Assembly: GCA_008632985.1 (NCBI GenBank)
Contig: QPGO01000103.1
Coordinates: forward strand, 186,001 to 250,000
DNA: 64,000 nucleotides
Source of the DNA: Psammoneis japonica
Lineage: Eukaryota
Reading direction: 5' to 3'
Position numbers and translations under genes: made by a program. Every line of letters begins with the position of its first letter. The stretch's first letter is position 1. The notes under the pieces were generated by a model. That model was not told the DNA's origin. It saw only the letters and a list, made by a program, of their open reading frames with translations, and searched no databases. Shown in pieces: positions 35,285 to 47,003 of this stretch.

Positions 35285-35927
35285 TAGATGGTAATTAATA
35301 AACGGATTTGGGAGCCGCGAAGGGTTACGACATTGTAGTCACAATTTGGGTTTTAGCATGTGTAGCATCTCAGTTGCAATGTTACAAACACCGCAATCAC
35401 AACCAAGACCTCTTCACTTCTTGTTTCCGACATCCAAATTCATGTATGTACTCTACTACTCTCCAGAGAGTGTAGAGTGCAGTAGAGCAGCAGCTTTCTA
35501 CTGTGTTGTGCCATACGGTAAACTCAATTAGAAATACGAGTGCCGGCATGTCTTCACGAGGACCAGGATTGGAGTTTTTTTGATTGAGCACGGTGTCGCT
35601 CTGTGTACACTCTCTAGAGAGTAGGCTCTACTCTCTAGCTAGGGCTGCAGCTACTAGCTAAAAAGTTGACTACGTACCGAATACCTACTCTACTAGGCTC
35701 AGGCCTATGGCAACCGGTAAGCTCTAGCTAGAGAGGGCCCTACGGATCTACCTACTACAGTAGTTGCTGCTTTAGCTACTACGCTAGCTAATACCGTACT
35801 CTTAGCTAAGCTCGAGAGTGATAACGCATCTTTTAGGAGTTGGCTGCTGAGTACATGGACCTACATAAGATCCGTTTAGACTACCGGTAGTGTAACGCTC
35901 ACTACGCGCAGAATAAACGGTTGTCAG

Positions 35928-36584
35928 GAATAAACAGGCGTCAGATGAAGCATGGACAGACCGTAAAATGTATGGGAACTTTCTCGTAGATTCTACGAGA
36001 CAAACGGGCGATAGACAGACAAATGCGACAGACGAAGTCGATTTCCGTCGTCCCCGTGCTTTTTGTACGGCATTCGATGCTGACAATGGCGTGCCGCCGG
36101 TGACGCTNNNNNNNNNNNNNNNNNNNNNNNNNNNNNNNNNNNNNNNNNNNNNNNNNNNNNNNNNNNNNNNNNNNNNNNNNNNNNNNNNNNNNNNNNNNNN
36201 NNNNNNNNNNNNNNNNNNNNNNNNNNNNNNNNNNNNNNNNNNNNNNNNNNNNNNNNNNNNNNNNNNNNNNNNNNNNNNNNNNNNNNNNNNNNNNNNNNNN
36301 NNNNNNNNNNNNNNNNNNNNNNNNNNNNNNNNNNNNNNNNNNNNNNNNNNNNNNNNNNNNNNNNNNNNNNNNNNNNNNNNNNNNNNNNNNNNNNNNNNNN
36401 NNNNNNNNNNNNNNNNNNNNNNNNNNNNNNNNNNNNNNNNNNNNNNNNNNNNNNNNNNNNNNNNNNNNNNNNNNNNNNNNNNNNNNNNNNNNNNNNNNNN
36501 NNNNTTTTTTTAAATTGTACACATTTCTACATAATTTTTTTACCGGTAAACGCTAGGAAACTGGCGTCTGACGCCTGTTTATTC
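35928..36584. mobile_element. Putative MITE/TIR element spanning an assembly gap
   Basis: Perfect 18-bp inverted repeat: gaataaacaggcgtcaga (35928-35945) and tctgacgcctgtttattc (36567-36584). No clear TSD. Confidence 0.55.
36108..36503. other. Assembly gap (N run)
   Basis: Run of n. Confidence 1.
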
Positions 36585-36828
36585 TTTCTGTAGCTCACCT
36601 GCGAACTGTAGACTTTCGCGCCGATAACCCGAGAACTCTTCGCGCCGTGAATCGTGAGCCGTGAGCGCTTTTGGCCCTACCTGGGCCCTACCGGCGCGAG
36701 CGTGGAGTGTGCAGTGTTTCGACCATGCCATGGTTTTGCCTTTTGCCTCCGCATCACCTTCCCGTCGCCTCTCACCAACACACCGTAGCAGAAAATGGCC
36801 ACAACGACTTTCTCCTCCTCGCTCTGTT

Positions 36829-37680
36829 ATGGCGAGCTTCTCTAAAATGCGCGACCAGTGGCGTTGGTTCGTCCTCATCTTTGCGGTTGTCGTGGTTGAG
36901 CTAAATTATTCATTCATCACTTTCTTCCTTAGTCAACAAGCGCAAGTAGATGGAGGTTTGAGGGGCCTTTCTCCTACCTTTGGACTGGTCGTTGTTCACT
37001 GTAGCCGAACTCCAGAAATCACGTGGCTCAACGACGTTCCCAGCGACTGGAAACTGACCGTGTACGAAACGTGTGGACATAACATTTCCAGAGGTAGTGT
37101 ACCTTTTGAGAATAGAGGACTAGAAGAATGCACCGGATATTTCCAATATATCCTCGACAACTACAACGATTTGCCTGATATTAACGTATTTCTACAAGAC
37201 GATGCGTTGCTTCCTTACAGTGACGATGAAAAAGGTCTTTGGCACACTCCCTTTCGAACAATAGCTGCGCTTGAGAATGCGACTTCGCCGCTTGTAAGTA
37301 GAAGTCACGGTTTCTTACATTATGGGAAGGAAGATTATAGATATAAGGTTGCAACTGAAGATGTATACAGTGGTTTTTACCAGAAGGAAATTTGGGATGA
37401 CCTCAGTTTGTCTTACACCAATGAAACAGAATCTAGGACAAGACCGAAAGCATGCTTTGCTGTTCATCGAGATCGAATTCTCGCCAAAAGTCGAGAGGTT
37501 TATGCCACTCTACAGCAAAAGATTTTTTCCTCGAACAGGGACCATGCCCGCAGGCGATGTTGCGCTCTCGAACAATCCTGGCATGTCGTGTTTGGGGAAC
37601 CTGCAATCATGCCGCAAACTTCCACGTTGGATCAGTATTTGAAAGAAATTGGATTCAGGGATGGGGATATGATTGGGTGA
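36829..37680 (+). CDS. DUF3431-like protein, tandem paralog 2
   Basis: Highly similar to 34379-35284, with near-identical C-terminus ...STLDQYLKEIGFRDGDMIG. Confidence 0.8.
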   Translation: MASFSKMRDQWRWFVLIFAVVVVELNYSFITFFLSQQAQVDGGLRGLSPTFGLVVVHCSRTPEITWLNDVPSDWKLTVYETCGHNISRGSVPFENRGLEECTGYFQYILDNYNDLPDINVFLQDDALLPYSDDEKGLWHTPFRTIAALENATSPLVSRSHGFLHYGKEDYRYKVATEDVYSGFYQKEIWDDLSLSYTNETESRTRPKACFAVHRDRILAKSREVYATLQQKIFSSNRDHARRRCCALEQSWHVVFGEPAIMPQTSTLDQYLKEIGFRDGDMIG

Positions 37681-38153
37681 TACGTTAAACGCCAGGCGTG
37701 AGACGGATGTAATCTAGTATTTGCGCAGCATTCGGACACGAGTTAGAGGTTGTGAGTAAATCTTAACCGGGAGTTCTATTAGTCGAAACTATCCCATCAC
37801 CGGGCCGCATCGTGAAGTCTTGCGAATCAGAACGCCCCTTGTTCTTGACCTGCGGTGGCTGCCATTTCCTGAAGGAATTTTGCCACAGGATCCGGGTCAA
37901 TCATAATCTGTCTTTTCTCACACGACGGTTTCTCACCATCTTAGCCGAAGCCATTTTGGACTTTCATCCCTCTGAAACTGAAAACAACATTTTTCACTTT
38001 TTCGTTCAAATTTGGATTTTAATCAACAGTGTTCTTTATTATAATAGTTACCACTGAATATATATAATAACGCTAAAATAACCGTTGCGAGGAAGGGATG
38101 GAAATTCAATTCTCACAATTCTTCTTCGGTCATCAAAAGAGACGCCGACGCCA

Positions 38154-38690
38154 ATGACGATCTGTGCCACCAAAATGAATGCGGTTTTATCCATAGCTCT
38201 ACTTGCACTTTTCCTTCCTTCCCCTCTCGATGCTTATGCCTCCTGGCTAAAATGCTACGTTCCGTTGGAAAAGGATGAGATTGTAATGCATAATGAGATT
38301 GTAGCTGCTGAGGACGCTGAACATACCGTGAATATTGAAGTTTCGACAAGCAAGGACGACGACGCGCAGTGGTTTCAACCCAAAGACTTTACGTACTCGG
38401 AAAAGGGAGAAACGGTTTTTGTTCGATTGGCAATTCCCGCCGCTCTGGAGTACGCACCGTTCCAGTACGTAATAGAAACAACGGATGGTGGTGAATTTAC
38501 AGAGAATGCAATGTGCAACGGAACAAGAGCGTTTGCACGTGAAGCCGATGAGGTTCTGTCGTTGAAATTATCGGGAAATAAGGAGAGCGTACATGTCTGG
38601 GCGGGATGGGCAAGTGCATTTGAAGCAGTGAAGCTTACGGAGAACATAACACTCAAACGAAAAGCGGCAGTGGTTGAAGAAGAACTGTAG
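38154..38690 (+). CDS. Small secreted/ER protein of unknown function (possibly reeler-like)
   Basis: Signal-peptide-like MNAVLSIALLALFLPSPLDA, VWAGWA motif, and C-terminal EEEL. Confidence 0.7.
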   Translation: MTICATKMNAVLSIALLALFLPSPLDAYASWLKCYVPLEKDEIVMHNEIVAAEDAEHTVNIEVSTSKDDDAQWFQPKDFTYSEKGETVFVRLAIPAALEYAPFQYVIETTDGGEFTENAMCNGTRAFAREADEVLSLKLSGNKESVHVWAGWASAFEAVKLTENITLKRKAAVVEEEL

Positions 38691-41600
38691 GCCCTGGTCT
38701 ACCCGTAGGCAGGTCGGTCACGGCTTATGTCAGAACGCCCTCTCTCTAGTAGATCATAATATGTTCTGTGTCTGTTCTACAAAATAACTTTCTCGCCAGA
38801 AAAAGATTCGATGAGTCTCATACCTTGTATGGTAGAGTACTTTTCGTTTGTTGTGGACGAGGACGCAGCTTTCATCTGCCAAGAAACTACTCCTACCATA
38901 CGGGTAGTCTACACACTAACTCTAGACGAATGTCGGACCACATATTGCTATTAAGATCTTCTTTCTGACCGACATGATCTCTACCTACTTTTGGAGCTCC
39001 TTTTCCAATACGGGAGCCCTTCAAAACGTTGCCGATTCGACAAGTGCTCCCACACAAAACCTACTCATACCGTAGGCGTTTGAGTGGGAGCACCGGTCGA
39101 ATCTGTCTGCGTGATTCAAGTTTCGCTGGCATCAAAGGGTGAGATAGTATCTTCTTAAATCAAGGGAATAGACTTTGTTCACAAAAGGCAAAATGTAACC
39201 GTACCGTGACAATGCCACATCGAAGCCAAGCGCAGATAGGTAGTCCGGAGGAAGCCCCTCAAATAGGTGAGGCCTCGTCTCTACGATTCCCTTCATCCAA
39301 GTCTTTGGCACCCGCACAAAAGACACGTGTGTTGGACTTGACTTGACCGCACAGATTGCACTTAGAATCTTTTTCCTTTGCACTGAGTTTCAGCGTTTTC
39401 CTCTCTGGAAGCTGCAATCACCGCGAATGCGTGCCTATCCTCTCGGATCTCACCTCCGTCTCAACCGCTGTTGCAACAAAGACTCTGGAAGCTTTCACCG
39501 ACTTACGGAGTTTGGATATTTCTGCCAAGTGCGTTCAGCAAATCCTCGTCTAACGCACCAACCACCGCTTCGGAACTTAATCTTGCATCCGTCGTTCTTT
39601 TGGGTCCTCCACAAATATCACAACGGTATTTTCCACGATGTTTCCTTAGAGTGGTTCTTCTACTTGCACCCACTGAAGGGGCACCGGGAGGACGAGGCGC
39701 AATATCTAAGTAATTCGCCACACGCTTGCCATGACTCGTTGTTTCAAAACTCTGCCTGTTATCGTCGATAGAAAAATGAGACACGAGCCTATTTATGTCT
39801 CATCTGAATAACCATCACTTATGAGTGAGTTCATAAGCTCTTCAACGACTTCATGGTCCAGATTAACTTCTTCTTCGTCCCGGTTGCTCATCTTTGCTCC
39901 GCCTTGCTGTCGAATGAGCTACTTCATGAACCATGAAAGTTGCCGTAACCTCGTTGCGGGTGATGAAGCTCGCAGAATGAACGAGCATGCTGGGCATCCG
40001 CTGGCATGCCTTTTTTTCAGATTTTGAGGCAACCACATGGTGGCTTTGCTGTATCTTTGAATTCAAAAAATCTTTTCGCACAAGCGCATCTGTGGGCAGC
40101 AGGACGCCGCAGTCATGTTGAATGACCAAGTCCTCGCACAAGGGCCGGAGGCAATGTTGTAAAATTGTGGTTTTCGTGAACGCTGTGCATTGTCAGATAC
40201 GTTTTGTCTCAGCGATCTCATTCATTCTTCGTCGACGCGAAGTATGCACTTCGTACCTCCTTGTGCACGGTGAGAAAACCATCCAAATTTGTCCTGAGAA
40301 AACAAGGAAAATCACTCAAGTCTTGAACACCACTTATAAAAAGGGATATTAAAAAATCGTCAATGTGGCCAACATTTTCGAATGAACCGTTCACAAAACA
40401 GAACCGTGCGGCGAGGGCGAGGGCGAGGGGAACGGCATGTTTCGGCTCAACGCGTTGTCGAAATATGCTTGCCCTTCATCGCTCTCAAGAATGGCGCCAC
40501 AAGAGTAGACAGTAGACTAGAGCTAAGTGTCTTTGTCTCTTATGTCTTATGTTGAGAACAAGACATGTAAAAACAGTGAGTAGGAATACAAGTGGACGAA
40601 AAAGTGACTACCAACACAACGCGTTTTTATTGCATGTTCATACATTAATATATTTTAATATTGGTTCGTATCCAACTGAAAATCGATACTATCGCATTGT
40701 ATAATATTTTTAATATAATACAATATAATCGAGTACATATAAAAATTTCCATTACATTTTTTAAACTTTGTATTTTCTTATTTGTTCTGCACTCGCTGAA
40801 AATTTCATCCCTTTAAGTATTCGAAGCCGTTGCGGATGTATTTAGCTTAAGTACGTGCGTTGCAAATGATTTCACTATGCAAAATTTTATTCTCTTTTCT
40901 CATACTCTAACTTAGTACCTCACTCCCTTCACACTTTCTCCCTCCGACTTCAAAGCTTCCTCACAATCATGACAGCTGATTGATACCATAACGCAGCGGC
41001 AACAATCGAATAGAGTGATCCAGTTCACTCTTTCAGACTTTAATAATTGATAGCGTTTTACTAGCGTCTGGATCGCAGTTGGTCTCAATTAGACCAAAAA
41101 GATGACAGGTAAGACTGCAGCTTATGATTCATTTTCGTAGCGCTACTCTCGGGTAGCGTCGCACATTCTATTCCACATCAACAACAGCCAGTGGTATCTT
41201 TTCTTTCAATGGGATCGCTCATATTCCTTATCAAAATCACGCGTATGAAGGATAGAAAACGGCGTTCATCACAGCAAAGTCTCGTTTCTCGTTGCGATTG
41301 CAATGTTTCTTGTTTCTTCGTCTTCTGTTTGCGCTCGACCTTCTGTTCAGCCTAAGCAAATATCGCGTTTCCGTCCATTTTCAGTTTTCCATTACTTTGT
41401 TGTTGTCATCTGATGAATTCATCTATCAAGCAGTCGGTTCAACGCCATGGCTTGCCACTCCTTGATCCCGGGTCGCGAACATTCCGTACCATTGTTGCGT
41501 GTATTACTGCGTTTAATTATCATCCTCGTGACCGTTATTCTGCAATACTTTTTGGGATTTCCGTTCCGTCATAATCTGCAACGCAATGATTGCATATTTT

Positions 41601-41989
41601 CATAAAATTTGAATGGACAATATTTTCATGAACCATTCTATACATGAAGATCTTATAAATGTCTGAATTTTTCATCCTTCATAACACGGTCATTCACAAC
41701 TGATGCTCTTCTTCCGTTGAGCTTACCACTATGGATTTTCAATATGGTCAAAGATGGCCGCCTCGAAGCTACTTATGGTGTTTTGTTTCCCACCATTTTT
41801 TCTAACGCACGCTTCGTACGTAGGATTCACGTAGCGTTGATACCGAGTACCGCCAGCCCGTCAGAGCGTCATATCGTTGATGCTGAAAGCCCTCTCCTCT
41901 CATTCACACACCCCATTATCATTCCCAGACGGGAAAGCGACTCCATTGTGTATCTCTCCGCGATCCTTTCAACCTATATTCACTCACAC

Positions 41990-43506
41990 ATTGTCCCACT
42001 GTATCTTGAATCTCCAATGCATCGATAAAAGGAAAAATTCTAACGTCGTCGGAGAAGATGTACAGTCGAAAGAAGGCTTGGTTCGCAAAATACCTGATAG
42101 AAAGTCACACGTCAAGTCTGAATTGGAACAGCGGTCCCCTTCTGGCACTCGACACCGCAAGAGCAGTAGCAGATCCTCGCGAAGGACTGTTCCTCGTCGT
42201 AAAGTGACACCTGAGCCGCGTCCCGAGAACTCTAAAATGGCAAAGACCGCAACAACACGGAGATCGTCCAAGAATGATGAGAAACCCGGCTCTGAAAGGG
42301 AAAAGCCGACTCTCACGGTCGACACCAAAACAGATTCAAAGGAATTTGAAAATGACACACCCAGGACAGAGGCGTCAACGCCTACTCCTAAAGAAGGAAC
42401 TCCTTCAGGAGTTCGTGGAAGACGAGACATTCGATCACCCGGACAGACTGCAACGCCCACGGCTTCTGTGGTGGCCTCTCCTGAGCCGCCTATCCCTGAT
42501 TTTATCACGCAAACAGATGAACACGGCAATGCAACAACACCAAGATCACAAGACGCTATTCAACAGGCGCGGCAGATACATCCATCGGGACCCAAGCCAC
42601 ACTTGCACGTGGATAAGCAGGGCAAACTTACAGAAGAGGATGATACGAGCTCCGTGTCGGAAGACGCGTGCGATACGCTGTTTGACAGCATTCGACTCAT
42701 GTGCTGCTGCCTATTGTCGGAAGTGGATAGCTCCACGGTTCCAACAAACCGGCTCGCAAGAAGGTTACTCGTCCTGAATCACCCGTTCCTCTGGCTCAGT
42801 CTCGGGAGGATCGTGTGAGCTTGCTGGGAAAGCATCATCCAGACGATTTTGGAAAGAAATGTCTTGTCCTGGATCTGGATGAGACCTTGGTGCACTCGAG
42901 TTTCAGAGCCGTGACGGGGGCGGACTTTGTGATTCCTGTGCAGGTAAGGGTCGTTTCTGTTTTCGAAATGTGGATGCATATGCCGTTTGCTCGATCTCAC
43001 CTATTGCTTCTCACTTGTTCATTCTGCAGATTGAAGACGTGGTTCACTTTGTCTATGTCATGAAACGCCCGGGTGTGGATGAGTTCCTGACAGAAATGGC
43101 CAAGCACTACGAGATTGTCATTTATACGGCGAGCCTCAACAAGTACGCCGATCCCTTGTTGGATTTGCTCGATCCCAACCGCGTCATTCGTACCCGTCTC
43201 TTTCGAGAGTCGTGCGTCTATTACGAGGGAAGCTACGTGAAGGATTTGAGTCTGTTGGACCGAGACTTGTCACAAGCCATTATTGTGGACAACTCTCCCA
43301 GTTCTTATATCTTTCACCCAGAAAACGCTATTGACTGCTCCTCCTTCATCGACGACCCTGCGGATCGTGAATTGGATCAAATCGGAGCCTTTCTCACGGG
43401 AATCAAGGATATCCCTGAAGTGCGCCACACCTGTAACCGATGGAGAGAGTGGCCCAACATCAAGCTACCACAACCAGAAGATGAAGAAGAAGAAAAGGGG
43501 AGATAA
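41990..43506 (+). CDS. CTD small phosphatase (SCP/NIF, HAD family); intron 42944-43030; 5' structure uncertain; frame change near 42750
   Basis: [46 protein letters not shown] and IVDNSP. Confidence 0.88.
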
Positions 43507-44705
43507 TCATCTCTTCACGCTCTCCCCAACCAGCTCACTTTTTGGAAATAGGGCTAGTCGAACACATTCTTGCGTGCCGTTGCCAACATGCCGCTGCTCC
43601 AGAGCATATGTTATGTCTTAATGTTAAAGGATTTATCTGGAACGCCTGTTTACTCCGCTCTTGTTAGGAACAGATGCTGCTTTATCTCAGTCAATCTCCA
43701 CAAACGGCCACAGCAGCTGTACTTCACTTGAAACTACCACATGTTATCGATTGCTACTTACGACAATGTACGACTAGCTCAGAATGCATGGTGCATGTCG
43801 AAGCTGTATCCGTCTTTCCCTTCCCATTCAGCAGTCGACACGTCATTGAGTAAGACCTAATCATCACTCTGGACGCAGGTTTCCCTGTGACCTGCACGGC
43901 ACGCTTGTTTCTGGCAGTGTTTCTTGTAGAATACCACAGCCCGGCATGGAGAACATCGACTCAACTCGTTCTCAGGCCTCGCACCACAATTGAAGCAAGA
44001 GCTCGTTACAATGTCGCCTCAATTTGGTCTAAGTACTCAGTAGCAGCACTATCGCCGCTGGTGTCGGGCCATTTCTTACCCTTGAGCCACTTTCCTCCAA
44101 AATCAACGTAGTTCTTCCCAGGTGGCACTGTGCATGCGTATGGCCTCGCTTTGCAGCCATTTTTAGGTACTCAATCTCCTTGCCCTTGTCATTCAGCATC
44201 TCTTGATTCAGCCTTGTGGTAAAGAACTGCGCTTCTACACCCCCCTGCTTTGCCCTGATCTTGTAGCAGCGAAACGCCAGCTTCTAATTCTTTTTCAAGC
44301 CAAGCTCGTGACGAAACCCCATGCAAGGCAAGCGCATCCAATCTGAAAGCTGGCCGAGCCATAACCTTGTTCAGACGAAAGCTTGATGCATTCCAACGCC
44401 TTTTCGTTTCCTCCCCTTTCTTCGAAAATCAGTCGAAGGATAGCTCCTGCCAGCACATTCAACACGGCCTTTTTGCAAATCCAGTTTCAACAACTTGATT
44501 TGGGTTTCGTTCGATTAAGGAATGCCACTGTTTGAACGCCCGTATCGTAGCAATGTACAGCTAACCACTGTATCACGACAAGGTAGCTTAGTACTTTTAA
44601 GAAGGAAAACAAACAAAGCTCCATCCGTGTGACGAGTGATGAAGCCTACTGCCATAGTGCAGCGACGCCCGCAACTTCGGTAAAAGACATCTTGCGCTCG
44701 AGGTT

Positions 44706-45476
44706 TCAATTGCCATTGTTTTCAAAGTATGCTTCGTATCGCCTCGCTGCTTCTTTGATTGTCTCATTCTCCCAAATTGTATTTCCTTGTACTTTATCAT
44801 TGTCATCAAACAGTGCTCCTTGTACCATACCCTTGGCAATGTCATGAGCTGAGATTCCAAATCGAGTTTCCTTGAGCTTTGAGAAGGGCCACTTTTTCAT
44901 GAGAGTGTCTGCAAAGCCATAGACTGGTTCACCCGGTCGGTCAAAAATACCACCCGGTCGCACCGATACATGCCCTTCGTCTGGCCCATCAAAGACGGCC
45001 GCCAGACTTTCTTCGGCTCGTCCCTTGACTCGTCCAAACATGGCCATGGCCCGGCCTTCTTTTGTGGGTTGCTTAACTCCTTGACCACTCAAGTAGGCTC
45101 CTCGTTTGGCACCGGCATTGTGGGCGATTGTAGCCAGAATTCGATTGTACGTGCCTTCGACTTGATCCATTTCTTTTTCTGTGGAATTGCCCGAGTACAG
45201 CCCGAGGCCTGTGAGAAACGCATCCGTTCCTTGAAAGGCTTGTTTGAGGTTGGCATCATTTGTATCCAGTGACGGATAATCCACTTGAACTTGAGTCAAC
45301 TTCGAACCAGTAATGTTTGCAGTAGAGCCCCAAAGGTTTTCAACCTTGTCGTTGGGCACCGTCTTGCGCACCACAGCCGTCACCTTGTCGACTCGCGGAT
45401 CCTCTAAGCACGTCTTGACAATAAGTCGACCAACGCTTCCGGTGGCGCCTGCGACAACCGCCTTTTTTACCATCAC
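44706..45476 (-). CDS. NAD(P)-binding atypical SDR (HTATIP2/TIP30-like)
   Basis: VVAGATGSVG Rossmann motif, RVKGRAEE and VRPGGI. Confidence 0.85.
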   Translation of the reverse strand: MMVKKAVVAGATGSVGRLIVKTCLEDPRVDKVTAVVRKTVPNDKVENLWGSTANITGSKLTQVQVDYPSLDTNDANLKQAFQGTDAFLTGLGLYSGNSTEKEMDQVEGTYNRILATIAHNAGAKRGAYLSGQGVKQPTKEGRAMAMFGRVKGRAEESLAAVFDGPDEGHVSVRPGGIFDRPGEPVYGFADTLMKKWPFSKLKETRFGISAHDIAKGMVQGALFDDNDKVQGNTIWENETIKEAARRYEAYFENNGN

Positions 45477-45756
45477 GTTAGTATTGTAGGGTTATGATAG
45501 CTTCTTTGTACGACTATGTTGTCCTTGTTGCGGCCTCACGACATTGTGCGATGTGCGAAGATCGCGATGATCGATGCATGCATGATCGCGCGAGCGGCGA
45601 GCGCGCTCATCAGTGATCAGAGAAATATCTTCGACTAATTCGATTGAAACTAAGATTGTGATCTTTTTTCTCTTTTTTCTGCGACGGGTTCGGAAATCAA
45701 AATGGTGATGCTCCATGCGTCTGCAACCACATTCACATCATCATTATTTGTAAGAA

Positions 45757-47003
45757 ATGAGTTTGCCACGAAGAATACGTTACGATATCATGAGAGCCAT
45801 CACCATGGACGCGCCGTGCACCGCGGTTCAGGCCTTGATGGATGGGCGCAATAACATTGGAAACTTTATTGATTCCACGGATCCAGAATTGGGCGTGACG
45901 CCGCTCATGGCGTGTGCGTTTCGTCAAGATGGTAGCGAAACCTTGCGAGTAGTACGGTATTTGGTTGGATTGGGTGCTGGCCTCGACACGCCGGACAGGT
46001 CCGGTCCGGGAGTCACGCCTTTAATCATGGCGGCGCAAGAAGGAAAACCGATTCTCCTTCAGTATCTGGTAGACGAGGGTGCCAATATTCACACGAGACC
46101 ACAAAATTCAAACACTCGCGCCATTGGATTTGCTTCTCAAAACGACCACGCCGAGTGTGTCGCAATCTTGGCAAAGGCGGCACGCCAGCAAGGTATTTCA
46201 ACGCAAGTGTTGGATTGCGTCAACAACAAGGGCAGAACGTCAGCGTATGTCGCGGTGGATCGGTGTCGTCCTACAGTCATGGGCGTTTTGGCCATGGCGG
46301 GTGCCGATTTAAGACGAGCGTGTCCCGTCTATTTTACCATTCATGACGAACACTTGGTGGATCCAAGTCCGGATCTTGTGGGACATTATTCACTCAATGC
46401 TGCGGTGCGTTCGTACGTGGCGTACTCGTGCGCACAGTGTGGCAAGTGTTTGCCCGAGGGCCAGTTGAAGAGTTGTGGACAATGCAACATGGCACGGTAC
46501 TGTAGCGGAGATTGTCAAAACAGAATTGGCCCATGCACAAGAAATGCTGCAAGAAGTTACGCCGAGGCCAAGACCTCATGCTGGACACTGTCCGTCAATT
46601 GCCACCTCCTCCAACAGAGCCGTTGGGGTTCCAAGACGGCTTTGGTCAAGACGATGAAGAGAGCGAAAGCGACGACTACAATCGCGACGATCATCCCGTG
46701 TGGGAGTACAACAGCGGCGGACCAGGCAATCCCATTTGGTGCCGGTACCCGGCACGGATTGAAGAAAGCCTGGAATCCTTGTTGGAAGGCGGATCGCCGC
46801 GATACATGTACAGGCCAAACGATCCGGAAGCGGACGGCATGAGTGAAAGGGAAATGAGCGTAAACCCACCGTCACAGGTTGCGACACGTTATGTGTACTA
46901 TTGTGACATGCTGGAGAGAGAGATTTACACCGGAGCGGCGCGGAGTGTCAGGAGAAACGGTGATTGCACACAACCCAATGTCAAACCCGATATCATGTTT
47001 TAA
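45757..47003 (+). CDS. Ankyrin + MYND zinc-finger protein with a possible WWE-like C-terminus; frameshift near 46520
   Basis: GVTPL ankyrin repeats and CAQC...CGQC...YCSGDCQ continuing as KQNWPMHKKCC in another frame. VWEY...W.RYP..IEESLE. Confidence 0.8.

Noticed and set aside
35941..36522. ORFs running through the N gap
   Set aside because: Artefacts of unknown bases.
41102..41114. ATGACAG|GTAAG as a micro first exon of the phosphatase gene
   Set aside because: The donor is plausible, but I could not find a convincing in-phase acceptor, so it is unsupported without RNA data.
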